The notes below the pieces were generated by a model. The model worked only from the letters and a program-made list of their open reading frames with translations, searched no databases and had not been told where the DNA came from. 64,000 nucleotides of DNA from Acidobacteriota bacterium (GTDB taxonomy: Bacteria > Acidobacteriota > Vicinamibacteria > Vicinamibacterales > CAVVIG01), in contig JBDTRR010000001.1 in the NCBI GenBank assembly GCA_039931615.1, positions 214,210-278,209 of the forward strand, written 5' to 3'. This document shows, piece after piece, positions 10,734 through 18,996 of the stretch (the stretch's first letter is position 1; every line of letters starts with the position of its first letter). Both the position numbers and the translations under genes were made by a program.

Positions 10734-12980
10734 TCAGCTCTCACCTACGCTCACGGGCCAGGGCTGCTGTGTGTTGGATCCCTGCGGCAGCACAGCGTAC
10801 GCCGCCGTCGTCTCTCCTGCCGCCTCCGAATCCCAGATTAGCGTCGAGGAGGAGAAGCGGATGAATCCATCCTCCTTCAACTGCATCAGCCCGAACAGAC
10901 AGACCTTCTCAGGCGGAATGCCGTCCACGTCCATTCCGAGCGCCGCGCACTCGCGGACGACTTCGCCGACGGTCCGGTGGCCATCGCACAAGCGCAGCAA
11001 TGCCGCCGACAGCGCCGGCAGCTGCCACACGTTGAGCGTCGCCTCGTTGCGGCTGAACACGATCGTCGTGTTTCGCGAGCCGATGGCGTCGAGGTCGGTC
11101 CTGTTTCGCAGGCACTCTATGAGTTCCTTGTAGTCCACTTCGACGTCGACGACACAGAGCCCGTCGGCGCAGTAGGCAACGGTGGAATCCGTCAGGCGAT
11201 CCGTTGCTTCGGCGGAGGCCGGCTGGGGCTGATGAATCGTGGCCTGCTCGGCCCGCGCCACTGCGCGTACCGCCGCGTTCGCCCTGGCCATTTCCGGCAG
11301 GTAGCAGGCGTGCACGAATTCGAGAAGGTCGGTGTGGAACCTTCGGTGCGAATGGTAGGGAGTCCAACCGATCTGCTCGTCTGTGTCGACAGGAGATCGT
11401 TCCGCCCGCCAGCGGCGCCACCGTTCGAAGACCAGCAGCAGATCGCCGCTGTCCTGCAGGAGCACCACCGGGAGCCAGCGGAACCAGGTCGCCAGGTAGG
11501 TGACGAAGTCGACCACGTCCTTCACCTCGCGCCGATCGAGGTGGGCCATCGGAATCGCGTAGAAGTTGGGGAACACGGCAGGATGCGCCTTGATCAGGGC
11601 GGCCTCAACCGGATCCTGCTGCCAGCTCTGATGCGACATGTCCGAGAAGAGATCGTCAAAAATCAAGTGATCCCGGTGCTGCTCGTAGATCGGTGTCGCG
11701 GCCAGCGGAGCCAGCAGCGAACACTGCGGCTCGACGTGGTCGTAGCGCAGCGAATCGACGAAGAAATGAATCGTGTCCCGAAGGTCGTCGCGCGTTTCTT
11801 CAGGGAAGCCGACGATCAATGCGACCGTGGTGTTGATGCCGTGGCGATCGGCGCAGGCAATCCGCTCCTTGGCCTCTGCCAGATCGAGCTGCTTGTTGAT
11901 GACCTGCTGCAACCGCTGCGATCCGGTCTCGATCCCGAAGAAAATGCCGGTACACCCAGCCCTGGCCATGAGCGCCAGCAGTTCGTCGTCGATGCAGTCG
12001 GTCCGGGCACTGCAGCCCCAGGTCAGGCCTTCCCCACTGGCCAGCATTGCCTCGCAAAAGGCCATCACTTCCTTGCGATCGATGGTGTACATGTCGTGGA
12101 CGAGGCTGAAGTAACGAAGGCCGTACTCCTTGTGGATGGCACTCATATCGGCAACCATCCTGGCCGGCGACTTGAGACGGAAGTTCCTCCGGAAGAAATC
12201 GTTGGTCGAACAGAACGTGCAGGCGAACGGGCAGCCTCTGCCAATCTCGAGGTGGACGCCGCCGCGCTGTCGCAGCCGCGAATCGAGATCGAACGCCGGC
12301 AGCGGCAGCCGATCCAGGTTTTCAACAACCGGGGCGTTCGGGTTGCGAACGATCTCGTCGCCGCGCCTGAACGTAATGCCGCCGAGCCGCTGCCATGCCG
12401 CGTCGGGATGGGCCAGGTGATGCAGGAGTGTGGGGAACGTGTCGTCGGCTTCGCCCCGGACGATGATGTCCACGGACGGGAAGGCGCGCAGCGTCGCCAC
12501 GTCCGCCACGGAGGCCTGCGGCCCACCGCCGACGATCGTGCACAGTGGGTTCGATCGCTTGATCGCATTGGCGAGGCGGAGCGTGAGCGGGTAGGAGCTG
12601 CAAATCGAGCTCAAGCCGAACACGTCGAAATCTCCGGGCCGGAGCTGCGCCGCCACGAACGCAAAGAAGGATTTCGACCGGGTCGTTTTCTCGCCGAGAT
12701 GCTGTGGACCGCCATCGGCCGGCGTGGCGCGCCGACGATCGCTCCGTCCGATGAATTCGAAGAACAGGTCGTCCAGGTTGACGACGACGGGAGCATGGCC
12801 ACGATCGCGCAGCAGGGCCGCGAGTGTCAGGACGCCCAGTTGTGCACCGGTGTTCACGTGCGCGTCGACGATCAGATCCGGATCGATGAAGTCGGCGACG
12901 GTCAGCGCGGTGACGAGGCACACGGAGGGCAGGGGGCCGGGGCCGCACGGCGGGACAGCGTGCGCGTCGTGAAGACGCAA
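10734..12980 (-). CDS. B12-binding radical SAM enzyme with C-terminal PqqD/RRE-like peptide-recognition domain
   Basis: B12-binding N-domain (VCLVTALTVADF...GLSSICSSYPL). rSAM cluster GCPFACTFCS (CxxxCxxC). C-terminal ATLNVWQLPALSAALLRLCDGHRTVGEVVRECAALGMDVDGIPPEKVCLFGLMQLKEDGFIRF matches the PqqD/RRE pattern. The ORF-track N-terminal 90 aa are an over-extension. The real start is probably a TTG/GTG near 12921-12990, just after the stop of the small upstream ORF. Confidence 0.8.
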   Translation of the reverse strand: MRLHDAHAVPPCGPGPLPSVCLVTALTVADFIDPDLIVDAHVNTGAQLGVLTLAALLRDRGHAPVVVNLDDLFFEFIGRSDRRRATPADGGPQHLGEKTTRSKSFFAFVAAQLRPGDFDVFGLSSICSSYPLTLRLANAIKRSNPLCTIVGGGPQASVADVATLRAFPSVDIIVRGEADDTFPTLLHHLAHPDAAWQRLGGITFRRGDEIVRNPNAPVVENLDRLPLPAFDLDSRLRQRGGVHLEIGRGCPFACTFCSTNDFFRRNFRLKSPARMVADMSAIHKEYGLRYFSLVHDMYTIDRKEVMAFCEAMLASGEGLTWGCSARTDCIDDELLALMARAGCTGIFFGIETGSQRLQQVINKQLDLAEAKERIACADRHGINTTVALIVGFPEETRDDLRDTIHFFVDSLRYDHVEPQCSLLAPLAATPIYEQHRDHLIFDDLFSDMSHQSWQQDPVEAALIKAHPAVFPNFYAIPMAHLDRREVKDVVDFVTYLATWFRWLPVVLLQDSGDLLLVFERWRRWRAERSPVDTDEQIGWTPYHSHRRFHTDLLEFVHACYLPEMARANAAVRAVARAEQATIHQPQPASAEATDRLTDSTVAYCADGLCVVDVEVDYKELIECLRNRTDLDAIGSRNTTIVFSRNEATLNVWQLPALSAALLRLCDGHRTVGEVVRECAALGMDVDGIPPEKVCLFGLMQLKEDGFIRFSSSTLIWDSEAAGETTAAYAVLPQGSNTQQPWPVSVGES

Positions 12981-12984
12981 TCGA

Positions 12985-13167
12985 TCAGACAACTTCGTTT
13001 TTGGACTTGGCCCGGACGTCGACGACCATGAGCTTCGACTTGGCGATCGCCGCGCTGTTCGCACCGAGGGTCTCGACGAGCTGCTTCTGAAAGGCCTTCT
13101 GAAGAGCGTCCTTCTGCTTCTTGGTGAGACTGAGTTCCGTCGGAATCTGAATCTCGATGTTCGCCAC
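12985..13167 (-). CDS. Small lysine-rich ORF (60 aa), candidate RiPP precursor / leader-like peptide
   Basis: GTG at 13167 preceded by GGAGG (13172-13176), 4 nt spacer. Encodes (M)ANIEIQIPTELSLTKKQKDALQKAFQKQLVETLGANSAAIAKSKLMVVDVRAKSKNEVV. Stop is 5 bp upstream of the rSAM coding start region. Amphipathic helix segment loosely resembles NHLP/Nif11-type leaders. Confidence 0.4.
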   Translation of the reverse strand: MANIEIQIPTELSLTKKQKDALQKAFQKQLVETLGANSAAIAKSKLMVVDVRAKSKNEVV

Positions 13168-13262
13168 GATGCCTCCAGGAATTGAGCCGCACCCTGACGC
13201 CGGAGACCGGCGCATGAATTCCGGGCGCACGCTAACACGCCTGATCCCAGGCCCGCAAGCAC

Positions 13263-14141
13263 CTATTTCTTCTGTTGCGCCTCCGCTTGGCGGACGCTCT
13301 CTGCGAATGACTTTTCCGCGTTCGCCACCATCGCCTTGAACGCCTCGGCGTCCAGGCATGTGACGCAGAGCGGATTGACGGGGAGCGCGGGGTTCAACGG
13401 ACGGCCGAGGTTCTGCCGGTGATTGTGAAGGAAGAGGTCCGGAGGCTGGAGCGCCTTCATCCTTTGCAAGGTCATCCTGGTATCCTCGATCACCTTGGGG
13501 TGCCTGGGATTGCCGATGAGTTGAAGTCCCGCGTTGGGAGTTTCACCGCCGCGGAATGCGACCGAATAGTTCTTGCCGCCTTCCGAGACGGTGGTCATCC
13601 ACACGGTGGCCCCCTGCGTATGCCCCGGCACCCAGAGGGCGCGCAAGGTCACGCCGCCCAGAGAAATCGTCTCTCCGTCCTTGATGACGCGATCGACGTG
13701 GACCGCCACCATGCCGCGGAAGCCCCCAGCGGAGTTGTCCTGACCGGCTTCAAGCGCTGCCGCATCGCCGCCGAGGGCGATGACCTGCGCTCCGGTCAAT
13801 TTCTTCATCGCCGCGTGTCCCTGGACGTGATCAAAATGCGCATGGCTCGAGATGATCATTTTGATGTCCTTGACGTCGAACCCCAGCTTCTTGACGTTCG
13901 ACACGATCACGTCGTGCATCTCGCTGGTGCCCGTGTCGTGGAGGATGTGGCCCTGCGGAGTCGTGATCAGATAAGAGCCATACTCGCCGCCGACCCAATA
14001 GATGTTGCCGATGATGCGGAAGCCTTCGGGCGGGCGCGCCTGATTCTGCGCCTGAATGGGTTCGACGCGTCCCGCGGCGCCGAGCGGTGCGATAATCCCG
14101 ATTGCCGCACCGAGCAGCATCAACGTACTAATCTGACGCAT
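13263..14141 (-). CDS. Subclass B3-like metallo-beta-lactamase fold hydrolase (periplasmic)
   Basis: Signal peptide MRQISTLMLLGAAIGIIAPLGAAG. Zinc motif SSHAHFDHVQG (HxHxDH), later His (WVPGHTQG). Length 292 aa. Confidence 0.85.
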   Translation of the reverse strand: MRQISTLMLLGAAIGIIAPLGAAGRVEPIQAQNQARPPEGFRIIGNIYWVGGEYGSYLITTPQGHILHDTGTSEMHDVIVSNVKKLGFDVKDIKMIISSHAHFDHVQGHAAMKKLTGAQVIALGGDAAALEAGQDNSAGGFRGMVAVHVDRVIKDGETISLGGVTLRALWVPGHTQGATVWMTTVSEGGKNYSVAFRGGETPNAGLQLIGNPRHPKVIEDTRMTLQRMKALQPPDLFLHNHRQNLGRPLNPALPVNPLCVTCLDAEAFKAMVANAEKSFAESVRQAEAQQKK

Positions 14142-14229
14142 AAGACCTCCGTCAACCTGTCATGGCCGGGCTCTGAAGCTCTGCCATCTTCCGGGAACTG
14201 AACCGGCCGAGTAAAGATGACCCTCGCCG

Positions 14230-15054
14230 CTACCGCGCGCCGACGCCCCTGCTCTCCGCACGTACGGTGACGACCACGCGGCGCGTGAGGTAGTCGTCGA
14301 TCCCGGTGGCTGTCGCGGGCTCGTCGTGCCAGGTCACCTTGTACGACGGCGCGTTCAGCTTCGCTCCCTGCAGCAGCACGGCAACCTGTTCCGCGCGCCG
14401 TTTCCCGATCGTGGGATCCTCGGCCATCGTCTGTCCGTTCGAGAGACGCACGGCGCCCCGGTGGCCGACGATCTCGATCTCCCGGGCGTTCGCCGCGCGC
14501 GCGAAATCAAGGATGTCGGACAGCAGGCGCGCATGGCTGAAGCCCACCGTGCCGTCGAAGTCGTAGGGCACGGTGAACTCTCTGCTCGAGGCGGCCGCGG
14601 ACGGCGGCGGCGGGACCGGCCGGGCGTTGTCGAAGGCCAGGCGTCCCTTGCTCGGCCCGGGGGGCCGCGGTGGTTCGAACGTCAGGTTGTAGCGCTCTTC
14701 AGCAGGCAGCATGGTGTTGCACGACGCGTCGCGCTCGGGGAGCACCGAGAGATGCACCGGCTTGAGCACGATGCCGCCGCAGATGCGGGGCTCAGCCGAG
14801 ACGGTCCCTTCCACCAGCACGCGGTGACCGAGCCACGGCGGGGTGACCGGTGCGCTCACGTCGGTCTGCAGCGTGAGGAAATACAGCTCGCCCTCGTACT
14901 CGGCGAGCCAGCAGGGCACCGAGGCCGTATCCCGAACAATCGGGCAGCTCACGAAGTTCCGGCGGGGCTCCTCGGCGCGGATGCCGACCGCGCCGGCGAC
15001 GAGCCCACCAGCCAGCAGCCAGGCGCCGCCTCGACTCATCCGGTGCGCGTGCAT
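14230..15054 (-). CDS. OmpA-family C-terminal domain protein (exported)
   Basis: ATG at 15054 overlaps the TGA of the upstream cytochrome gene (TGATG). Signal-like MHAHRMSRGGAWLLAGGLVAGAVG. C-terminal OmpA-like region (FDGTVGFSHARLLS...IEIVGHRG...DDYLTRRVVVTV). The ORF-track 5' extension overlaps the upstream gene and is rejected. Confidence 0.7.
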   Translation of the reverse strand: MHAHRMSRGGAWLLAGGLVAGAVGIRAEEPRRNFVSCPIVRDTASVPCWLAEYEGELYFLTLQTDVSAPVTPPWLGHRVLVEGTVSAEPRICGGIVLKPVHLSVLPERDASCNTMLPAEERYNLTFEPPRPPGPSKGRLAFDNARPVPPPPSAAASSREFTVPYDFDGTVGFSHARLLSDILDFARAANAREIEIVGHRGAVRLSNGQTMAEDPTIGKRRAEQVAVLLQGAKLNAPSYKVTWHDEPATATGIDDYLTRRVVVTVRAESRGVGAR

Positions 15055-16613
15055 CAGAGTGCTCCCAGAAAGTTGACGAGATCCTGCTTTTCCAGTTCCG
15101 AGTAGCCGATGTTGTAGCGGCGGTCGTAGAAGGCCACCAGTTCGCGCAGGGTCGTGGCCGAGCCGTTCGAGAAATAGGGCGCCCGCGCCGCCAGCCCGCG
15201 GAACTGCTGCATGACGATCGTGCCGACGTCGTTGCACTGACCCGAAATGAGCGCCCGCCCGGGGTCCTGCGTGTAGATCACCCGGCCCAGGAAGGGATGC
15301 TCCTTCACCGTCGGCTTGCAGGTGATCCGGAACAGCGGCATCTGCGGTCTCGCGTCGGTCCAGGGATTCAGCGGCACTTCCGACGCCCACGGCAGGTTCG
15401 TGGTGCCGATGTCCATCCAGCCGTTGGCCGTGTCCATGCCGGTCATGTGCATGCCGTGGCAGGTGGCGCAGGTCCGCTTGGCCGGATTGCCGAGGCCGAC
15501 CGAGTTCAGGTGCATCGAGTCCCTGATCCAGAACGTGCGGAACATGAACACGTCGTGTCCGCGCGCGATCGACTCGCGCGCCGCGTGGCGCGCATTCTCG
15601 GCCTCATCGCCGGCGCGGGGCAGCTGGACCCACTTGCCGCCCATCGGAAAGACGTAGCGCGTGGTGTTGTTGCCGAGCACGCCGGCGTCAGCGGCGGCGA
15701 GATTGCGCGGCCCGAACGCCGGGGGGCCGTCGGGCTCGACGAGGCTGCCGGCCCCGGGGCTCGCGACTTGGGCGACGTAGACCTGGGCTTCGAACCCGGT
15801 GATGCGCGCGATCTGTGCGGCGCTGAGTGTTCCGGTGATCTGCAGATGCTTCTCTGCCGCGTCTTCCGCCTGCACGGCCAGCGTCGCCGCGCGCGCGTCA
15901 GACATCAGGTTCATGCTGGTCGGCTTGCCCGTCAGCGGATCCGTGGCCGTCGGCATCCCGTTCTTGCCGATGAAGGGGCCGATGCCAAAGTTCTGGTGCG
16001 TCGTGTATTTCGTGTTCGCCACGGCGCGGGGGCGGCGGAAGACCGAAATCGACGGGCTCGCGCTCTGCAGCCCGTAGCGGGGGTCGGTGTTGCAGCCGCT
16101 CGGATCCCGCACGACTTCGATCGTGAACTCCGGATCGATGCGCGTTCCATCCGGACGCTGGGGCGGCCAGGGCAGCGCAATCCTGAACAGGCCGCGCTCG
16201 ATCAGGAGCGAGTGGGAGCGCGGATCGTCCGGCGGCAGATTGGGGCAATTCATGCCGTCCACAGCGGCAAACAGGGCATCCTTGCCGGCGGTGGCCGCCC
16301 ACCGCTCGCGAATGCTGCGCACCGAAAGCGACATCCCGTCCGCCGGCTGGTGGCAGGTAACGCAGGCGCGGCCGTTCGTGCCGATCGCCTCGAAGAACGG
16401 GTGCCCCTTGGTGTCCAGCTGACCGGACGCGTTCAGCACGCCAAGCTGGCCGCGGTCGCTGTCGTAGGTCGAGAAGTCCGCCAGCGGCGTCCCTTGCCCT
16501 GGCGCCCACCACGCCGTCGATGAGTCGGCGGCCGCCGCCCCGAGGGCGGCGGAAATCCCAAGAGCGAGAAGCAGGCTGGCGGTCGCGACCGGATGCGTGT
16601 GCCGATTCTTCAT
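15054..16613 (-). CDS. Di-heme c-type cytochrome, peroxidase/MauG-related oxidoreductase (exported)
   Basis: ATG at 16613 and signal peptide MKNRHTHPVATASLLLALGISAALGAAAA. Two CxxCH motifs (CVTCHQP and CATCHGMH) separated by ~300 aa, which is unusually long for classical CCP. 519 aa. Confidence 0.8.
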   Translation of the reverse strand: MKNRHTHPVATASLLLALGISAALGAAAADSSTAWWAPGQGTPLADFSTYDSDRGQLGVLNASGQLDTKGHPFFEAIGTNGRACVTCHQPADGMSLSVRSIRERWAATAGKDALFAAVDGMNCPNLPPDDPRSHSLLIERGLFRIALPWPPQRPDGTRIDPEFTIEVVRDPSGCNTDPRYGLQSASPSISVFRRPRAVANTKYTTHQNFGIGPFIGKNGMPTATDPLTGKPTSMNLMSDARAATLAVQAEDAAEKHLQITGTLSAAQIARITGFEAQVYVAQVASPGAGSLVEPDGPPAFGPRNLAAADAGVLGNNTTRYVFPMGGKWVQLPRAGDEAENARHAARESIARGHDVFMFRTFWIRDSMHLNSVGLGNPAKRTCATCHGMHMTGMDTANGWMDIGTTNLPWASEVPLNPWTDARPQMPLFRITCKPTVKEHPFLGRVIYTQDPGRALISGQCNDVGTIVMQQFRGLAARAPYFSNGSATTLRELVAFYDRRYNIGYSELEKQDLVNFLGAL

Positions 16614-16748
16614 ATTGGGCTCGGGGCCACCTGGCCGGTCGGGCAGTGTCGATTGCCACCTCGCCAACGGGATTATATTGTTGTCCGCTCGACCGGCAAG
16701 GCTCGGTCAAAAAATCAGCAAATCACGGTCATGAATGCAAAGTGAGCC

Positions 16749-17165
16749 ATGCCTGAACCCAAGACGAAGCTGACGACGGCGTCGGTCGACGACTTTCTGG
16801 ACGCGATCGCGAACGACCAGGTCCGCGACGACTGCCGGACCATCGCCGGCATCATGGAGAAGGCGACAAAGGCACCAGCCCGCCTGTGGGGTGCGAGCAT
16901 CGTCGGATTCGGCAACCGCCGCTATCAGTATGCGAACGGCAAAGAGGCGGAGTTCATGCTGACGGCGTTCTCGCCGCGCAAGCAGAACATCACGCTCTAT
17001 CTCGGGCACCTCGAGCAGCAACGCGAACTGCTCGACAAGCTCGGGACGCACTCGTGCGGAAAGGGATGCCTCTACATCAAGCGCCTGTCGGACGTGCACA
17101 TGCCGACGTTGACGGCGCTCGTGAAATCGTCCGTCGCTCTCATGCGCAAGTCGCCGCCCTCATGA
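16749..17165 (+). CDS. DUF1801 (YdhG-like) domain protein
   Basis: 138 aa. Pattern SVDDFLDAIANDQVRDDCRTIAGIMEKAT...LYLGHL is typical of DUF1801. Confidence 0.7.
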   Translation: MPEPKTKLTTASVDDFLDAIANDQVRDDCRTIAGIMEKATKAPARLWGASIVGFGNRRYQYANGKEAEFMLTAFSPRKQNITLYLGHLEQQRELLDKLGTHSCGKGCLYIKRLSDVHMPTLTALVKSSVALMRKSPPS

Positions 17166-17600
17166 GCCGGCATCGAGTCGTCCAGGGTGGGAACATTCGC
17201 GGCCCGCGGGCCCTTGCTACCAGGCCGCGGTACTGTTCGCCTTGACGGAGCGCGCCTGGGCGTCTCGTTTACGCCGAAATCGTCGGCGTCTAGGCCGCCC
17301 TGGTCAGTGCTGGCGCGACAGGCCTTCGCGGGGACGGTCCCGAGCAGGTCGGCCGTCAGCATGTCCTCGCCGACGATCCCGGAAACGAAGTTGACGTCGG
17401 GACATCTTGACGCCGCCACAGCGGTCGCATACCGTTACCGATACGATCTGAGTAGCGGACGAGGGCGCGCCAGACGAGGGCGCGCCGGGCCGCAATGAAG
17501 CGTGGCCATCCCACACGGTTGTGCGTGTCGCTCGCCGGCGGCCCGAGCTGCGCATGCCTCGCTGTAACCCGTCGACACTTCTTCCATGGAGGTTGGTCAG

Positions 17601-18005
17601 ATGAGAACCAGGTTGACTGTGGCCGTTATCGGTATCGCTGGTCTGCTTGCTGCCGTGCCGGTGGTGGCCCATCACTCGTTCGCGGCCGAGTACGACGCGG
17701 ACAAGCCGATCAAGCTCACTGGAACCGTTACGAAGATCGAGTGGACGAATCCCCACTGTTACTTCTACATCGACGCGAAGAACGAGGCGTCGGGCAAGAC
17801 CGAGAACTGGGGCTTCGAGATGGGCAACCCCAACGCGCTCCTGCGTTTGGGCTGGACGCGCAACTCGCTGAAGCTCGGTGACGCGATCACCGTCGAGGGA
17901 AGCCGCGCCAGGGACGGCAGCTTGCACGCCAACGCCCGGTCAATGGTCTTGACGAGCACCGGGCAGAAACTGTTCGCGGGCTCGAGCCAGGGGACGAATC
18001 CATAG
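17601..18005 (+). CDS. Small exported protein, family uncertain
   Basis: ATG 17601 with GGAGG 9 nt upstream. Signal peptide MRTRLTVAVIGIAGLLAAVPVVA then HHSFAAEYDADKPIKLTGTVTKIEWTNPHCYFYIDAK. Confidence 0.6.
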   Translation: MRTRLTVAVIGIAGLLAAVPVVAHHSFAAEYDADKPIKLTGTVTKIEWTNPHCYFYIDAKNEASGKTENWGFEMGNPNALLRLGWTRNSLKLGDAITVEGSRARDGSLHANARSMVLTSTGQKLFAGSSQGTNP

Positions 18006-18094
18006 GCGGATCTCTCCGCTTGCACAAAACCGTGCCGAGGCGCGGCCGCTCGTGGCGACGGTCAGTGGAGCACATCTTTGGAGGGCAGGTTGGC

Positions 18095-18988
18095 ATGGTG
18101 GCGAACAGTGTTGAACGGTTTCGCATCGGTCGATGGGCGAGGGGCGTTGTCCTATTCACCGTGTTCGTACTGACGTCTTCAGCGCGCGTCACGTTGGCCC
18201 AGTGGGTGACCTACCCGACCCAGAACGTGCCCCGGCTTGCCGACGGCAAGCCGGAGCTGAACGCACCGGCGCCGCGGCAGCCAGACGGCAAGCCCGACTT
18301 TATTGGCTTCTGGCAGCCTGACCGCGCGCGGGATTGCACGCCGGATCTGGCCTCACGGGTGCGGTTGACTCAACCGTGCAAGCCCGGCGAGAAGGCAATG
18401 GTGCCGATCGGTCCCGCGTCAGTGCCCGGCGGCATGCCGCTGCAGCCGTGGGCGGCGGAGCTGGTCAAGCAACGAACGGCCGATCTTGCCAAAGACGATC
18501 CGCACGCCCGCTGCCAGCCGGATAACTATCCGCGGACCTATTGGCTCCCGCACTACACCAAGATGTTTCATGTCCCGGGCCTACTGTTGATGCTGAACGA
18601 ATGGAACGCCCAGTTCCGGCAGATCTACACGGACGGTCGGCCATTCCCTGAGGATATGCACCCCATTTATAGCGGGTATTCGATCGGGAAGTGGGAGGGA
18701 GACACGTTCGTGATCACCACGAAGGGCTTTCGCGAGAGCGAGTGGCTGGATACCCCCGGCCATCCGATCACCAGTGCGGCAACAATGACCGAACGGATCA
18801 CCCGGCCGAACTTCGGGACGCTCAACCTGGCGATCACGATCGACGATCCCAAGGCGTATACGAAGCCGTTCACGATCGACCTGAACATGAAGATCATGAT
18901 CGATACCCAGATGATCGAAGAGTTCTGTCTCGAGAACGAGAAGGATTCCGTTCGTCTGTTGGGACCCGGCGGAGGAAGTCAGCGCTGA
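18095..18988 (+). CDS. Exported hypothetical protein (paralogue of 3650..4669)
   Basis: ATG 18095 after GGAGGGCAGG. Signal-like MVANSVERFRIGRWARGVVLFTVFVLTSSARVTLAQ. Shares conserved blocks with the 3650 gene (DGRPFPEDMHPIYSGYSIGKWEGDTFVITTKGF, MTERITRPNFGTLNLAITIDDPKAYTKPFTIDLN, EEFCLENEKD). Confidence 0.6.
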   Translation: MVANSVERFRIGRWARGVVLFTVFVLTSSARVTLAQWVTYPTQNVPRLADGKPELNAPAPRQPDGKPDFIGFWQPDRARDCTPDLASRVRLTQPCKPGEKAMVPIGPASVPGGMPLQPWAAELVKQRTADLAKDDPHARCQPDNYPRTYWLPHYTKMFHVPGLLLMLNEWNAQFRQIYTDGRPFPEDMHPIYSGYSIGKWEGDTFVITTKGFRESEWLDTPGHPITSAATMTERITRPNFGTLNLAITIDDPKAYTKPFTIDLNMKIMIDTQMIEEFCLENEKDSVRLLGPGGGSQR

Positions 18989-18996
18989 CCGCGCGT

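Noticed and set aside
10977-13031. 684-aa plus-strand ORF
   Set aside because: Antisense to the radical SAM gene, which has clear CxxxCxxC and B12-domain motifs.
12985-13167. Interpreting the 60-aa ORF as an HU-like or 4-oxalocrotonate-tautomerase protein
   Set aside because: It is only ~60 aa and diverges from HU after the first helix. A tautomerase-like beta-alpha-beta layout is possible but the catalytic Pro1 is absent. Kept as an alternative under the RiPP finding.
15297-16710. 408-aa (+) and 270-aa (-) ORFs overlapping the di-heme cytochrome gene
   Set aside because: Alternative or antisense frames. The CxxCH-containing frame is the real one.
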